Shown here one piece after another: positions 28,815 through 40,339 of a stretch of DNA of 64,000 bases. The DNA is from an uncultured Puniceicoccaceae bacterium (GTDB taxonomy: Bacteria > Verrucomicrobiota > Verrucomicrobiia > Opitutales > Oceanipulchritudinaceae). Where the stretch lies: assembly GCA_963933835.1 (NCBI GenBank), contig CAWVVV010000002.1, positions 64,001-128,000 of the forward strand, written 5' to 3'. The notes under the pieces were generated by a model, which did no database searches, was not told the origin of the DNA, and worked only from the letters and a program-made list of their open reading frames with translations. Every line of letters starts with the position of its first letter. Position 1 is the first letter of the stretch. Position numbers and translations under genes: made by a program.

Positions 28815-29477
28815 CTACGCCTTATTCGTCTTTCGGGCAGTTTTTCGGCCTGCATTCAAAGTGCGGCAAAACGCACAGGCGGCCTCCGTCCCATCGCACA
28901 CACGGCGGGCGTAACAGTCTTCACGTCCGTAGTAGATCATCTGAAGATGGAGAGCGTTCCACGACTCACGCGGAAAGAGGCGTTTGAGATCTTTCTCCGT
29001 CTGAGCAACCGATCTTCCGCTGCTCAATCCCCAGCGCTGAGCGAGGCGATGGATGTGCGTATCAACCGGAAAGGAGGGCTCCCTGAAGGCCTGCGCCACG
29101 ACAACTTGGGCTGTTTTGTGCCCCACTCCGGGAAGCTTTTCGAGTTCTTCGAGGTTCGCGGGAACCTCGCCGTCGTGCTCTTCGATGAGGATCTCCGAAA
29201 GCCCCTTAATCGCCTTTGCTTTTTGCGGGCCAAGCCCACAGGGCCGGACGATTTCAAGGATGGCCTCTACCGGATTGCTAGCCATCTCAGCCGGGTTGTT
29301 CGCGAGCGCCCACAGCTTAGGCGTGACAAGATTTACGCGTGCATCAGTGCACTGAGCAGAGAGTAAAACGGCGACGAGGAGCGAATACGTATCGCTGTGA
29401 TCGAGCGGGATGGGCGGATCCGGATAACGGCGGACCAGCTCACTAAGAACATAGTCGACCCGCTCGTTCTTGGTCAT
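28815..29477 (-). CDS. nth: Endonuclease III
   Basis: LLVAVLLSAQCTDARVN, HhH LPGVGHKTA, FPVDTHIHR, C-terminal four-Cys cluster. Confidence 0.95.
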   Translation of the reverse strand: MTKNERVDYVLSELVRRYPDPPIPLDHSDTYSLLVAVLLSAQCTDARVNLVTPKLWALANNPAEMASNPVEAILEIVRPCGLGPQKAKAIKGLSEILIEEHDGEVPANLEELEKLPGVGHKTAQVVVAQAFREPSFPVDTHIHRLAQRWGLSSGRSVAQTEKDLKRLFPRESWNALHLQMIYYGREDCYARRVCDGTEAACAFCRTLNAGRKTARKTNKA

Positions 29478-29493
29478 CGGGCGCGGAGGCGAG

Positions 29494-30351
29494 CTAGGCG
29501 CTGGCGCGATTCGCCATGAACGCCTTCAAAAAGCCAATGACGCGCTCGCGCAAGTCGTGACGATGAACGATCTGGTCGATAAGTCCTCGACCAAGGAGGA
29601 ACTCTGCGCGTTGGAAACCAGCAGGCAGCTCTTCGTTGGTGCCTTCCTTGATCACGCGGGGACCGGCAAAACAGATAAGGGCCTCTGGCTCTGCGATGTT
29701 GAGGTCGCCAAGCGTCGCGAAGCTAGCAGTGACGCCACCGGTCGTCGGGTGGGTAAGAATCGAAATATAGGGCAGGTTAGCATCGGCGAGGCGCGCCAGT
29801 GCTGCACTCGTCTTGGCCATTTGCATCAGGCTGTAGATTCCCTCCTGCATACGCGCGCCCCCTGAGGCGGAAATGATAATGACGGGGCACCCGAGTTCCA
29901 AACCACGCTCAATCGCGCGGGTAATCTTCTCCCCGACGGCTACACCCATCGATGCGCCACCGAAGCGAAAGTCCATGACGGCGAGTGAAACTTCCAAGCC
30001 CTCCATTTTACCTACTCCGCAGATCACCGCCTCTTTTAGGCCGGTCTTCTTTTTATAGACTTCGAGGCGATCTGCGTAGGCTTTGTGATCCTTAAATTCG
30101 AGGCTATCGACCGCGGAAATTCCCGCATCGAACTCCTCCCACGTGCCTTCATCGATGAGCGACTCGATCCGGTGGGGGGCATCGATCGGGAAGTGGTGAC
30201 CACTCGCCGGAGACACCATCAGATTCTTTTCGAGCTCCTTGGTGTAAACAAGGCCGCCGTTCTTCGGATCCTGAGTGTAGAGATCCTTCGGAATGTCTTT
30301 CTTCCGGCTGGGTGCGATCGTGGAATATTTCGGTTTCGAGAAAAAGGCCAT
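29494..30351 (-). CDS. accD: Acetyl-CoA carboxylase carboxyltransferase beta subunit
   Basis: [46 protein letters not shown]. The N-terminal Zn-finger Cys residues are replaced (QDPKNG...VSPASG). Confidence 0.95.
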   Translation of the reverse strand: MAFFSKPKYSTIAPSRKKDIPKDLYTQDPKNGGLVYTKELEKNLMVSPASGHHFPIDAPHRIESLIDEGTWEEFDAGISAVDSLEFKDHKAYADRLEVYKKKTGLKEAVICGVGKMEGLEVSLAVMDFRFGGASMGVAVGEKITRAIERGLELGCPVIIISASGGARMQEGIYSLMQMAKTSAALARLADANLPYISILTHPTTGGVTASFATLGDLNIAEPEALICFAGPRVIKEGTNEELPAGFQRAEFLLGRGLIDQIVHRHDLRERVIGFLKAFMANRASA

Positions 30352-30384
30352 GGTTTGTGGGAAAATTGGGTGATTCTAAAAGGA

Positions 30385-30987
30385 CTAGCCGTGAGCAAAT
30401 GCCAGAACTTTGAGAGATTTGGCTCCAGCATTTCGCAGGACGCGACAACATTCGTTCATTGTAGAACCAGTCGTAAAAACATCGTCTACAACAACGTATG
30501 TCAAATCCGCTCTCACCACAGCCTCAGGCGAAAGGGCAAACGCTCCGCGGACGTTTTTCATCCGATCAGCTCTAGGCAAGCGCGTCTGGGTGCCCGTCCT
30601 TCGACGGCGCAAAAGAAGGTTTTCGATCCCTGCAACCGGAAGCGTTTTCGCTAGTGCGCGGGCAAGGACAACACTCTGGTTGAACCCACGTTCCCGCTCG
30701 CGCGTTCGATGCAGTGGCACTGGAACCAAAACTGCGCAGCGACCAGAGGTAAAGACGGGCTCCAACGCCTCGCAGTGTTCGCACGCCTGCCCAGCTCCAA
30801 TACCGGGATACGGGTGCCCGCAGATCTCGCAAACTGGGCCTCGTATCCAATCAATGCGGTCGGCGCAATTCTCGCAGAGAAACTTCCAACGCGCTGCCTC
30901 TGGGACAATTTCACCGCAGTGCTCGCAGTCGCAGGGAAAGACGACATCAAGCGTCCGCCGAAAGCCCTGCCGCAAAGGCTCAATCAT
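30385..30987 (-). pseudogene. comF: ComF family protein with an apparent in-frame internal deletion
   Basis: Double Zn-ribbon N-terminus and PRTase C-terminus (LVPVPLH, RGFNQ, VDDVFTTGST) are present. The middle LIH.LKY helix segment is absent: GRCAVL is joined directly to VPVPLH. Confidence 0.75.
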
Positions 30988-31720
30988 ACTTCACCCACTC
31001 TAGCGAAAGCCCCCGAGCGGGCGCGGTGACGATTACCCTACTCGGCTTCGCGGACGCGCGGATAGCAGCGACCTCGTCGACCGACAATTTGCCCAAACCG
31101 ACGTCGAGAAGGCAACCAGCAAGGCGACGAACCATCTTGTATAAGTAGCCGCTTCCCTCGGTTCGCAGCGTCAGGCGAGGTCCCTCGCGCGTGACCTCAA
31201 GGACTCTCAGGTCCTTCACCGGGTCACGCGGCTTATCATCTCGGCCATTGGCACCAAAAGCGGTGAAATCGTGCTTACCGATCAGCACCTGCGCGGCCGC
31301 ATTCATCGCTTCGAGGTCGACGCGTCGTTTCCCTAAGGAAAGGCAATAACGGGTTTCAAAGGGCAAGGCGTCACCTTCATAAAAACGATAGATGTAGCAT
31401 TTCCCGATCGTCGAAAAACGCGCATGAAAAGCATCCTCAACGATCTCCGCCTCGTAGACTCGAATCGTCTCTGGGATGCCCGTCTTCAGAGCATTGATTA
31501 GATCGGTCGGGCCGTGGCTCCAGTCACCATCGAAATGAAAGACCTGACCGCGGGCATGCACTCCGCTGTCTGTTCGTCCAGAGCCCTGAATTCTGACTGC
31601 TCGATCGAAGAGAAAGCTCAGCCGTTTTTCGAGAACCTGCTGGACTGTATTCCCGCTTCGCTGCGCCTGCCAGCCATCAAAGCTGGATCCCTCGTAGGCA
31701 ACGGTGCACTTCCAACGCAT
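30980..31720 (-). CDS. truA: tRNA pseudouridine(38-40) synthase
   Basis: AYEGSSFDGWQ, GSGRTDSGVHARGQ, FHARF, GKHDFTAF, GYLYKMVRR, TAPARGL. Confidence 0.95.
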   Translation of the reverse strand: MRWKCTVAYEGSSFDGWQAQRSGNTVQQVLEKRLSFLFDRAVRIQGSGRTDSGVHARGQVFHFDGDWSHGPTDLINALKTGIPETIRVYEAEIVEDAFHARFSTIGKCYIYRFYEGDALPFETRYCLSLGKRRVDLEAMNAAAQVLIGKHDFTAFGANGRDDKPRDPVKDLRVLEVTREGPRLTLRTEGSGYLYKMVRRLAGCLLDVGLGKLSVDEVAAIRASAKPSRVIVTAPARGLSLEWVKYD

Positions 31721-31737
31721 AAGACCGCGCGGTGAGA

Positions 31738-31902
31738 TCAACCACCGAAGTCGATCTGCAAGTCCCAGTCACGACGCGCGGCTTCAGCCTCGATTGACGG
31801 TTTCAAGACTTCACCGAGCAAGTCGGAACCTACAAGGCGGACATTAGCAGACGTCCAAGTTGAAAAAACGAAGAGGCCGAGGAAAACGCGATTAAATTTC
31901 AT
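31738..31902 (-). pseudogene. 5' stub of a PstS-like substrate-binding protein
   Basis: Manual translation MKFNRVFLGLFVFSTWTSA-NVRLVGSDLLGEVLKPSIEAEAARRDWDLQIDFGG* (54 aa): signal peptide plus the first strand/helix of a PBP-type fold, ending where GGS is expected. Confidence 0.6.
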
Positions 31903-32019
31903 GGGGCACTGATTCTAAAGAATGTAAGGACAAGCCTTGGCGATAGAATCAGCCCTGAGCAAGAAAAACTCCCAATGCATCAAAGACCTCAACCCATCCG
32001 GGTCGCTTGAATAAAAGGC

Positions 32020-32283
32020 TTACTCGACGACTAGACGCATGTAGCGAGGGGCGTTCGCTATCGGTCGGTGACAATCCGTCACAACTACTTCGCGGCGACC
32101 ATCCGAGCCTGACTCACTGACATCGATGCCCACCGCCTCGATCAACCAAACATTGTCTCCTTGGCTCAAGCGGGCCGCATCGACCCAGGTGGAGCCCAGA
32201 TCACCTGTAACTTGTACCACGTAGACAACTGTCGGATCCCACCTCCGCGCAAAGCTCAGCGTGACCCGACCATCTGGCGACAT
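32020..32283 (-). pseudogene. Orphan C-terminal domain of a lost secreted protein
   Basis: DGRVTLSFARR...YVVQVTGDLGSTW...RYMRLVVE resembles the terminal domain of verrucomicrobial extracellular proteins. No signal peptide; in-frame TGA just upstream. Confidence 0.55.
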
Positions 32284-32514
32284 GCCCGGCTGCGCGATGA
32301 AAGGCTGGGGCGAGGTTGGAGACTGATTTCAGCCTCGTGAAAAATCCGCTGCATGACGCGCGCTCCCCAAGGGTATCGTAAAGAAGAGTCCCCTTTCGAA
32401 GATTGTGCATCCAGGCAGTGTTTTTTGCCGTAAAATTGTTAAAGAAACGAATCCGCTTTCCATCCCCGTTTTAGACCGTAAAAAATAACGTCGGCGCTTT
32501 TGCTCCTGACCCCC

Positions 32515-33078
32515 ATGGCTCCAACGCAGGCTCACTCATCCCCTGAAAGCTGCCTCCAAAAGGTAGCCTCCGGCGACGCATCTGCCTTTCGCGAACTCTA
32601 TGACGCCTTCGCACCCCAGCTCATGGGACTCGCCTACCGCATTCTTGAGCGCCGCCCGGAAGCCGAAGAAGTCCTCCAAGACACCTTCGTCCAAGTCTGG
32701 AAAAGCGCCTCCCGCTTCAATCCCAAGCGTAGCTCAGTCAAGACTTGGCTCTTTCTCATCACCCGCAGTCGCGCTATCGACCGCCTGCGTCGCCTTCGCG
32801 GTCAAGCTCACCTCACTTCCACCCCGTTCGACGAAACCTACGATAAAGGCGTCGAATTCGATCTCCCCTCTGACACCGATCGCGAAAACCATCCTGCCCT
32901 CCGCCGACTGAAAGCGCTCTCACCCCGGCAGCGCGAAACACTCGAACTCGCTTTCTTTGAAGGCTACACTCACGCCGAAATCGCCAACCTGAAAAACACC
33001 CCGCTCGGCACCGTGAAATCCGATATCCGCCGCAGCCTCCAGCGACTCAATACGAAAGGAGGCACCTCAAATGCCTAA
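32515..33078 (+). CDS. ECF RNA polymerase sigma factor (SigK-like)
   Basis: GDASAFRELYD, AEEVLQDTFVQVW, WLFLITRSRAIDRLR, AFFEGYTHAEIA, PLGTVKS. Confidence 0.93.
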   Translation: MAPTQAHSSPESCLQKVASGDASAFRELYDAFAPQLMGLAYRILERRPEAEEVLQDTFVQVWKSASRFNPKRSSVKTWLFLITRSRAIDRLRRLRGQAHLTSTPFDETYDKGVEFDLPSDTDRENHPALRRLKALSPRQRETLELAFFEGYTHAEIANLKNTPLGTVKSDIRRSLQRLNTKGGTSNA

Positions 33079-34165
33079 CTCCGAACCAGACAACGACGAT
33101 CTGCGCTACCTCCTCGGCGAGCTTCCCGCTAAATCTGGGGAGACGCTTTCCGATCCTAGCCTTCGTCAAACAAGCGACGAACTCACCTCATGGGCCGACC
33201 ATGAGATCACCCCACTTACGCCCAAAGGTCGTGTCTGGGAAAACATCGAAGCACAGGTCAGCCAGCAAAAGACCGCCCCCGTCATCTCAATTTTCACCCT
33301 CCGTATTTGGCAGGTCGCAGCGCTTCTCTTCCTCGCCCTCAATCTCTTCTGGCTCGTTCTATCCTTCCAAGAAGGCACCAGCAGAAGAGGAAATGCAATC
33401 GCCTCGAACCCATCCACGACGGGCTCAGAAGCTTCGAGCGATCGCGGTTCGACGCCCTCAAACACGACGACCAGCTCCGGAGAAACGGGCGCTGAGGGCT
33501 CCCGCGTTCAGACGCTCGAAACCGCCCTCAGCCAGCGCCAAGCTCAAGTTGAAACTCTCCAGCAGGCCCTCTCCGCCGCGCACGCCAACGCCCAATCAGC
33601 CGATGCCGATCACGCCCAGATGCTTTCTCAACTCGACGCCTTCTTCCTCCCCGTCGATGGGAAAGCCCAGATCACGCTCCTTGCGATGGCCGCCGATCGC
33701 TCTCCCTTCACCCAAGCTGACTTCGATGCGCTCCTCCCGCCAAATGAAGCTGCGTTCGCCGGTGATTTTACAGACGGTTTAGGTGCGGCTCCCGGTGCCG
33801 CTCTAGGTAGATTAGCCGACCCTGACACCATTTTGCCTGCACCGTCAGCCGTCGCCGTCTGGCGTAACGACCTGCAAGAGGGCGTCGTCAACTTTTACAA
33901 CATGCCCGACCTTCCAAATAGCGCTATCTACGAGCTCTGGGCACAAGACAGCAGCACGGGCGAACCGATCAAGTTCGGCGATCTGCCAGTAGACTCAGCC
34001 AACGACTTCAGTATCGTCGTGACGCATGATCAGGACGCGAACTTCAGCCCAGCGAACTTCACCGTGACGATCAGGTCCGAGGTCACCAACGATGTTCCTG
34101 CGATCATCCTCTGGGGTCCCGGAAATCCTGAGGCAGAACCCATCGGTGACATCGCCGAGCCTTAG
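33071..34165 (+). CDS. Anti-sigma factor (RskA-like; TM helix, coiled-coil, C-terminal RskA domain)
   Basis: Overlaps the sigma stop; YLLGEL, P...VWENIEAQV, single TM, AVAVWR...NMPDLP..IYELWA. Confidence 0.8.
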   Translation: MPNSEPDNDDLRYLLGELPAKSGETLSDPSLRQTSDELTSWADHEITPLTPKGRVWENIEAQVSQQKTAPVISIFTLRIWQVAALLFLALNLFWLVLSFQEGTSRRGNAIASNPSTTGSEASSDRGSTPSNTTTSSGETGAEGSRVQTLETALSQRQAQVETLQQALSAAHANAQSADADHAQMLSQLDAFFLPVDGKAQITLLAMAADRSPFTQADFDALLPPNEAAFAGDFTDGLGAAPGAALGRLADPDTILPAPSAVAVWRNDLQEGVVNFYNMPDLPNSAIYELWAQDSSTGEPIKFGDLPVDSANDFSIVVTHDQDANFSPANFTVTIRSEVTNDVPAIILWGPGNPEAEPIGDIAEP

Positions 34166-34237
34166 ACGCTAAATATCGTATTCGTTAAAACTCCCGTTTG
34201 CGAAATTCTGGAAAGCCATTGAGAGTCGACGATTCGC

Positions 34238-37200
34238 ATGTCGACCACCGCTCCAACACACATCCGCCTCCGCGGCGTTCGCCAGAACAACCTCAAGAAC
34301 TTCGACCTCGATCTCCCTCTCGGGAAGCTCGTTGTCGTGACAGGGCTCTCGGGTGCAGGAAAGTCTTCCCTCGTTTTCGAGACCCTCCACGCCGAGGGAC
34401 AGCGGCGCTACGTCGAGACGTTCTCTCCCTACGCCCGTCAGTTTATGGACATGCTCGACCGGCCTCAGGTCGACTCGATTGAGAACATTCGCCCCTCCAT
34501 CGCGATCGAGCAAAGCAACACCGTTCGCACCTCCCGCTCCACCGTCGGCACGATGACCGAGCTGACCGACTACTACAAAGTCTGGTTCAGCCACGTCGCT
34601 GAACTCTTCGACCCTGAGACCGGCGAAAAAATAGAAGACGACAACCCTGCCTCGATCTGGACCAAGGCCCGCATAGCTTTCCCGAGCAAAGGCGTCCTCC
34701 TCGCCTTTCGCCTCAAGCGCCCAGAAAAAATGTCATGGGCCGAGCTCCTTGAGCCCCTTTCCAATCAAGGCTACAGCCGCATCGTCGCAGCGGAAAAACT
34801 AGCCCGCCTCGATGGCCTCGACCCCGCCAGCCTCGCCGCTGAGGGCAGCATTTTCGTCATCCAGGATCGTCTCAAGCTGACTCCGAAGAACCGCACCCGC
34901 TTCATCGAAGCTGCGACCGCGTCACTGCATTTCGGACAAGGTCAGATCTATCTACTGAGCGCAAACGGCGCCGAGACCCTCGACCACTACGCCGAAGGCC
35001 TCCACCTGCCCGGCAGCGATGTGCGTTACGAGCCCGCCACGCCGAACCTCTTTTCCTTCAACTCCCCAGTGGGTGCTTGCTCCGCCTGCCGCGGCTTTGG
35101 TCGTGTAATAGAAATCGACGACAATCTCGTCATTCCTGACCGCAGCCTCAGTCTCGTCGACGGCGCTATCCGAGCCTTCCAAGGGGCGGTCTATTCAGAA
35201 AGCCTACGCGACCTGCTTCGCGCCTGTAAGAAGCACAACATACCGACCGATATCCCTTTCGGAAAAATGCGGAAGGCCCATCAGCGCTTCGTCTATGATG
35301 GAGAGCCCGGCTACGATACGGACAAATCGAAAAAATGGCCGAAGGGCTGGTATGGCGTTCGCCGCTTTTTCAAGTGGCTCGAAAACAACACCTACAAGAT
35401 GCACGTCCGCGTCTTTCTCTCAAAGTACCGCGCCTACGTTTCATGCCCTGAATGCAAAGGAACGCGGCTCAAACCCGACGCCCTCAACTGGCGCTGGAAG
35501 GGCCACCGCCTCCCCGATCTCTACGAACTCCCTGTCCGCGATCTCCTCGCCCTCTTCGAAGCTGAAAAATCGGTCGAAGATACCACCGACCGAGGTCTTG
35601 CCGTCGCCACCGGCGCCATCCGCTCCCGTCTCCATTACCTCGATCAAGTCGGCCTTGGCTACCTCACCCTCAATCGCAGCTCACGCACGCTTTCCGGTGG
35701 CGAAACCCAACGCGTCAATCTCACCGCCTGCCTTGGCACCGCGCTCGTCGACACCCTCTTCGTTCTTGATGAGCCCTCTGTTGGCCTCCACGCCCGTGAC
35801 ATCAATCGCCTCATCGGCATTCTCCGCCAACTCACTGCTGCCGGAAATACCGTCGTCGTCGTCGAGCACGATGAATCAGTCATGCACGCCGCTGACGAAA
35901 TCCTCGAAATCGGCCCGCGACCTGGGAACGAGGGCGGCGAAATCATTTTTCAAGGGCCCGTCAGCAAAATGCTCAAAAACAAGGCCTCGCTCACCGGTGC
36001 CTACCTCAGCGGTCGCGAGCAGATTGAGCTCCCATCACAACGGCGCCCGGTCAAACTGAAGGGACGAAACGCTACCCCAGCGCTTAATTTCAAAGACGTC
36101 CACAAACACAATCTTACAGGCATCGACCTGCATTTTCCACTCGGACGCTTCGTCGCTCTCAGTGGAGTCAGCGGCTCTGGAAAATCCACTGTCCTGAACA
36201 ACGTCATCCACCAAGGCCTCCTCGCCCGTGCCGGAAAAGCGGTCGAAGAACCCGCCCGTATCGGGAAAATCACTACACCCAATGAAATTGGGGAAATCGT
36301 TCTCGTCGACCGAACTCCGGTGAGTAAGACACCGCGCTCGACACCCATTCTGTTTGTGGATGCGTGGGATCACATCAGGACTCTCTTCGCTTCGACCGAG
36401 GACGCACTCGCCGCCGGACTTATCACGAGCCATTTTTCCTTCAATAGTGGCCATGGTCGTTGCGATCATTGCCAAGGCCTCGGGCACGAGCGCATCGAAA
36501 TGCAGTTCATGGCCGACGTCTACGTCACTTGCCCCGTCTGCGAAGGAAAGCGCTTTCGTGACGAAGTTCTCGAGATCACATGGAACGGCAAAAATGCCGC
36601 TGACGTGCTAGCCTTCTCAGTCGACGAAGCCATCCTCTTTTTCGCCAAGCAAACCAAGATCATCGCGTGCATACGGCCATTGACCGACGTTGGCCTGAGC
36701 TACCTGCCACTGGGTCAGCCACTGAACACGCTCTCGGGTGGTGAATCCCAGCGCCTCAAACTCGTGAAGTTCCTCGGGCGCTTTGCCGGCGAAAGCGAGC
36801 CTGCCCTGCTTCTCCTCGATGAGCCCACCACCGGCTTACACCGCGCCGACATTAAGCGGCTCCTCGTCGTTCTCCAGCGACTCGTCGACGCAGGTCATTC
36901 CCTCGCTGTCATCGAACACCAGATGGATGTGCTCAAATCCGCCGACTGGATCATTGAGCTCGGCCCCGAAGCAGGTGACCGCGGCGGCGAGGTCGTTTAT
37001 GCCGGAACACCCGAAGGCATTCTCGACGTAGATACAGAAACGGCACGCTTCCTCAGTGAAGAACTGGGAGGAGGCTCCCTCGCAGTCGCTGAACCGCAGT
37101 CACCATTCATCACTCAACATGCATCCTTTGGACGCAAAGCGGCGCTCAGCGTCATCGGCGCCCGGCAACACAACCTGCGCGACATTTCAGTTGATATCCC

Positions 37201-39820
37201 CCACGGCGAATGGACCGTCGTCACCGGAGTCAGTGGCTCTGGAAAGTCCTCTCTCGCCTTCGACATTATTTTTGCCGAGGGGCAACGACGCTTCATGGAG
37301 TCGATGTCTCCGTGGGCGCGTCAATACGTCGAGCAGCTTCCTCGGCCCGACATCGACTCGCTCACCGGGATCGCCCCCACGGTCGCGATCGAGCAACGGG
37401 TAACACGGGGAAGTCGCAAGTCCACCGTAGCGACGATCACCGAGGTCGCCCAATACCTTCGTCTCCTCTACACGCGCATCGGGATACAGCATAGCCCGAA
37501 AACGGGCGAGCCCCTCATCGCCCTCAGTCGTTCCGCCCTACTCAAAAAACTCGAAAGCACAATCGGTGAACGTTCACCTAAGAAGGGCGAGATGCTTTAC
37601 CTCTACGCCCCGCTCATCCGCGGGCGCAAAGGCCACCATCAGCCTATTGCGGACTGGGCTAAAAATATCGGCTACGATCTTTTGCGCTGTGATGGGCGCC
37701 CCGTCCGCGTCACAAAATTCAAGAAGCTCGACCGCTACAGTGAGCACGATGTAGAAGTCGCGGTCGGCGCTCTCCAAATTGAAAAAGAAGGAAGCGCCTA
37801 CAGTGCTACCCTGCGCGGCGAAGGCATCAGCCTTTCGAAGCTCCTCGACGAGACCCTGCGCCTCGGCAAAGGGGCCGCCTTTCTCGCTGATGCTCAAGGG
37901 CGAAACATCGCATGGTATTCGACGAAGCGGACCGACCCCACAACCGGAGAATCGTTTCCCGAACTTGATCCAAAGCACTTTTCTTGGAACAGCACTCGAG
38001 GCTGGTGCACAAGCTGTCGCGGCCATGGCCAACTCCATCAATGGATGCTTGATGACGAAAAGTTTGAGAATCTCCCTCTCGATTTCGTTGATGGTAAGAC
38101 TTGCACTGTCTGTAAAGGCAGTCGACTGAATCCACAGTCGAGTGCAGTGTATTTACATTGTCACGACGGCACCCAACTCAGCCTTCCACAGCTTCTCGGT
38201 CTAGCGCCATCTGCCCTTCTCAAAACACTTTCCAAGCTCAAGCTCGACCGGCGCGGCAAAGCGATCGTCAAGGATCTGCGCCCCGAAATTGAAGAGCGCC
38301 TCAAATTCATGGATGAGGTTGGCCTGAGCTACCTCACCCTCGACCGATCAACCATCACCCTCTCTGGCGGTGAAGCGCAACGCATCCGGCTTGCCGCCCA
38401 ACTTGGATCAAATCTATCGGGCGTTCTCTACGTCCTCGATGAGCCTTCAATTGGGCTCCACGCCCGCGACAACGACCGCCTGCTCGACTCTCTCGCCCGT
38501 CTTCAGAAGAAAGGAAATACGCTTCTCGTTGTTGAGCATAATCTAGAAACGATGCGGCATGCTGATCGCATCATCGACCTTGGCCCTGATGCCGGGATCA
38601 ATGGTGGGCATATTCTTGCGAATGGGAAACTCGAAGCGCTCATTCAGAATAAAGACTCCCTTACCGGACACTATCTCAAAAATGGTATCCAACATCCACT
38701 ACGCGGCCAGTATCGGACGCTTCCACCCAAATACAGCGCTCGGCGCAAAACCACTGCCGACGAGTGGATCGTCCTGAAGGAGCCTCGCCTGCGCAACCTT
38801 AAGGGCGGACAGCTCACCCTTCCTAAGGAACGCCTGATCGGTATCTGTGGCGTATCCGGCGCAGGTAAGTCCACCCTCATCCGCGATCTTCTCATTCCTG
38901 TCGTCGAGCGCGCCATCCGTTTAAAGAAAGACATCGTCAAAGGGAGTGCATGGCCGGGTCTCGACTTTGGTGAGCTACGACACGCCAACGTTTTCCGAAC
39001 CGTCGTCGAAGTTGACCAAAGCCCGATCGGCAAAACACTTCGCTCTACACCAGCAACCTACATCGGAGCCTTTGATCTGATCCGGAAGTTCTTCGGCCAG
39101 ATCCCTGAGGCAAAGATGCGCGGCTTTGGTCCCGGCACCTTTTCTTTCAACACCAAAGACGGACGCTGCCCAGAGTGTAAAGGGGCCGGAAAAATTAAGC
39201 TCGAGATGAGTTTCATGCCCGACACCTATGTCGAGTGTGACGCTTGCAGAGGAAAACGCTACGGAGCTGAATTGCTCGACTTGACTTGGAACGAAAAGAA
39301 CATCGCTGACATCCTCGCAATGAGCTTTGAAGAGGCGGTCGGGTTCTTCCACTTCCATACCCGCTTGGAGGCCATGATGCAGCTCATGGTTGAAACCGGG
39401 CTCGGCTACTTGGAGCTTGGGCAAAGCAGCCCTACGCTCTCCGGCGGTGAGGCTCAGCGCCTCAAACTCGTGAGTGAGCTGATCAAAGGCCTGCCTACCT
39501 TTACCGAGCGAAAGCACGGTATCGTATCCAAAAATCTATACGTTCTCGAAGAACCCACGATCGGCCTACATCTGCGCGACTGTGAACGCCTCATCGAACT
39601 CCTTCACCGTCTCGTCGACCAAGGGCACACCGTCATCCTTATCGAACACCATCTCGACCTCATTGCCGAAGCCGATTACCTCGTCGAAATCGGACCGAAT
39701 GGCGGCGATGGTGGCGGCAAGATACTGTATCAAGGAAGTGTAGACGGACTTTTAAAAGCCAAGAGTTCACCCACAGCACCGTTTCTACGACCACTCCTGT
39801 CTCGAACAGGAAAGAGCTGA
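34238..39820 (+). CDS. uvrA: Double-length excinuclease ABC subunit A
   Basis: 1860 aa with four Walker A motifs ([16 protein letters not shown] x2, GVSGAGKS), four LSGGE signatures and CxxCxGxG Zn fingers. Confidence 0.95.
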   Translation: MSTTAPTHIRLRGVRQNNLKNFDLDLPLGKLVVVTGLSGAGKSSLVFETLHAEGQRRYVETFSPYARQFMDMLDRPQVDSIENIRPSIAIEQSNTVRTSRSTVGTMTELTDYYKVWFSHVAELFDPETGEKIEDDNPASIWTKARIAFPSKGVLLAFRLKRPEKMSWAELLEPLSNQGYSRIVAAEKLARLDGLDPASLAAEGSIFVIQDRLKLTPKNRTRFIEAATASLHFGQGQIYLLSANGAETLDHYAEGLHLPGSDVRYEPATPNLFSFNSPVGACSACRGFGRVIEIDDNLVIPDRSLSLVDGAIRAFQGAVYSESLRDLLRACKKHNIPTDIPFGKMRKAHQRFVYDGEPGYDTDKSKKWPKGWYGVRRFFKWLENNTYKMHVRVFLSKYRAYVSCPECKGTRLKPDALNWRWKGHRLPDLYELPVRDLLALFEAEKSVEDTTDRGLAVATGAIRSRLHYLDQVGLGYLTLNRSSRTLSGGETQRVNLTACLGTALVDTLFVLDEPSVGLHARDINRLIGILRQLTAAGNTVVVVEHDESVMHAADEILEIGPRPGNEGGEIIFQGPVSKMLKNKASLTGAYLSGREQIELPSQRRPVKLKGRNATPALNFKDVHKHNLTGIDLHFPLGRFVALSGVSGSGKSTVLNNVIHQGLLARAGKAVEEPARIGKITTPNEIGEIVLVDRTPVSKTPRSTPILFVDAWDHIRTLFASTEDALAAGLITSHFSFNSGHGRCDHCQGLGHERIEMQFMADVYVTCPVCEGKRFRDEVLEITWNGKNAADVLAFSVDEAILFFAKQTKIIACIRPLTDVGLSYLPLGQPLNTLSGGESQRLKLVKFLGRFAGESEPALLLLDEPTTGLHRADIKRLLVVLQRLVDAGHSLAVIEHQMDVLKSADWIIELGPEAGDRGGEVVYAGTPEGILDVDTETARFLSEELGGGSLAVAEPQSPFITQHASFGRKAALSVIGARQHNLRDISVDIPHGEWTVVTGVSGSGKSSLAFDIIFAEGQRRFMESMSPWARQYVEQLPRPDIDSLTGIAPTVAIEQRVTRGSRKSTVATITEVAQYLRLLYTRIGIQHSPKTGEPLIALSRSALLKKLESTIGERSPKKGEMLYLYAPLIRGRKGHHQPIADWAKNIGYDLLRCDGRPVRVTKFKKLDRYSEHDVEVAVGALQIEKEGSAYSATLRGEGISLSKLLDETLRLGKGAAFLADAQGRNIAWYSTKRTDPTTGESFPELDPKHFSWNSTRGWCTSCRGHGQLHQWMLDDEKFENLPLDFVDGKTCTVCKGSRLNPQSSAVYLHCHDGTQLSLPQLLGLAPSALLKTLSKLKLDRRGKAIVKDLRPEIEERLKFMDEVGLSYLTLDRSTITLSGGEAQRIRLAAQLGSNLSGVLYVLDEPSIGLHARDNDRLLDSLARLQKKGNTLLVVEHNLETMRHADRIIDLGPDAGINGGHILANGKLEALIQNKDSLTGHYLKNGIQHPLRGQYRTLPPKYSARRKTTADEWIVLKEPRLRNLKGGQLTLPKERLIGICGVSGAGKSTLIRDLLIPVVERAIRLKKDIVKGSAWPGLDFGELRHANVFRTVVEVDQSPIGKTLRSTPATYIGAFDLIRKFFGQIPEAKMRGFGPGTFSFNTKDGRCPECKGAGKIKLEMSFMPDTYVECDACRGKRYGAELLDLTWNEKNIADILAMSFEEAVGFFHFHTRLEAMMQLMVETGLGYLELGQSSPTLSGGEAQRLKLVSELIKGLPTFTERKHGIVSKNLYVLEEPTIGLHLRDCERLIELLHRLVDQGHTVILIEHHLDLIAEADYLVEIGPNGGDGGGKILYQGSVDGLLKAKSSPTAPFLRPLLSRTGKS

Positions 39821-39901
39821 ACACCGCTTTTTCTTGAATAAGTAGTCAAAACTTGGAGCGGTGGCTACGCCTTCTACGACTCCCCACTCTTACGACGACT
39901 C

Positions 39902-40339
39902 ATGGCTAAACATCGGCTATTCCTAATTGAGGACGAAGAACTCCTCTGCGAGCTCTTTACAGACTACGCCGTTACGATCCCAGAGATCGAATTTTTAGGC
40001 TTCGAAAATGACGGCCTGACCGGTGTTGAGAAGGCGATCGAACTTAAGCCCGATATCGTTGTCCTCGATATGCGGCTACCTAGAACAAACGGGATTGAAG
40101 CCTTACACCGACTGCGCAAAGAGCTGGGAGATATCAAAATCATCATTTTCACCGGCACCGTGAAAGAAGAGACCGTTCACCTCGCATATAGCCAGGGGGC
40201 GGATGCCTTCGTCGAAAAGGCCCTCGGCCTCGCCTACTTAAAGGAAGCCATCCTCGCCGTTATTCTCGGCGAACGCTACGTTACCGAGGGTATCTCAGCG
40301 ATTTTGAAATCTTTTAAGACGGAATCGGAACAAACCTAG
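39902..40339 (+). CDS. NarL-type receiver domain protein lacking an HTH
   Basis: LIEDEEL, PDIVVLDMRLP..NG, IIIFTG, GADAFVEK, GERYV; stops at 145 aa. Confidence 0.8.
   Translation: MAKHRLFLIEDEELLCELFTDYAVTIPEIEFLGFENDGLTGVEKAIELKPDIVVLDMRLPRTNGIEALHRLRKELGDIKIIIFTGTVKEETVHLAYSQGADAFVEKALGLAYLKEAILAVILGERYVTEGISAILKSFKTESEQT

Noticed and set aside
28815..28930. Unusual Cys spacing in the endonuclease III Fe-S motif
   Set aside because: Four Cys are still present, and spacing variants of this motif occur in Nth proteins, so it is not evidence of novelty or decay.
30230..30300. AccD lacking zinc-finger cysteines
   Set aside because: Zinc-less AccD variants exist and the catalytic motifs are intact.
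32500..39800. Strong C-over-G bias on the + strand suggesting foreign DNA
   Set aside because: A similar skew is visible elsewhere in the window and the genes are ordinary, so replication-strand skew plus codon bias is sufficient. Not quantified.
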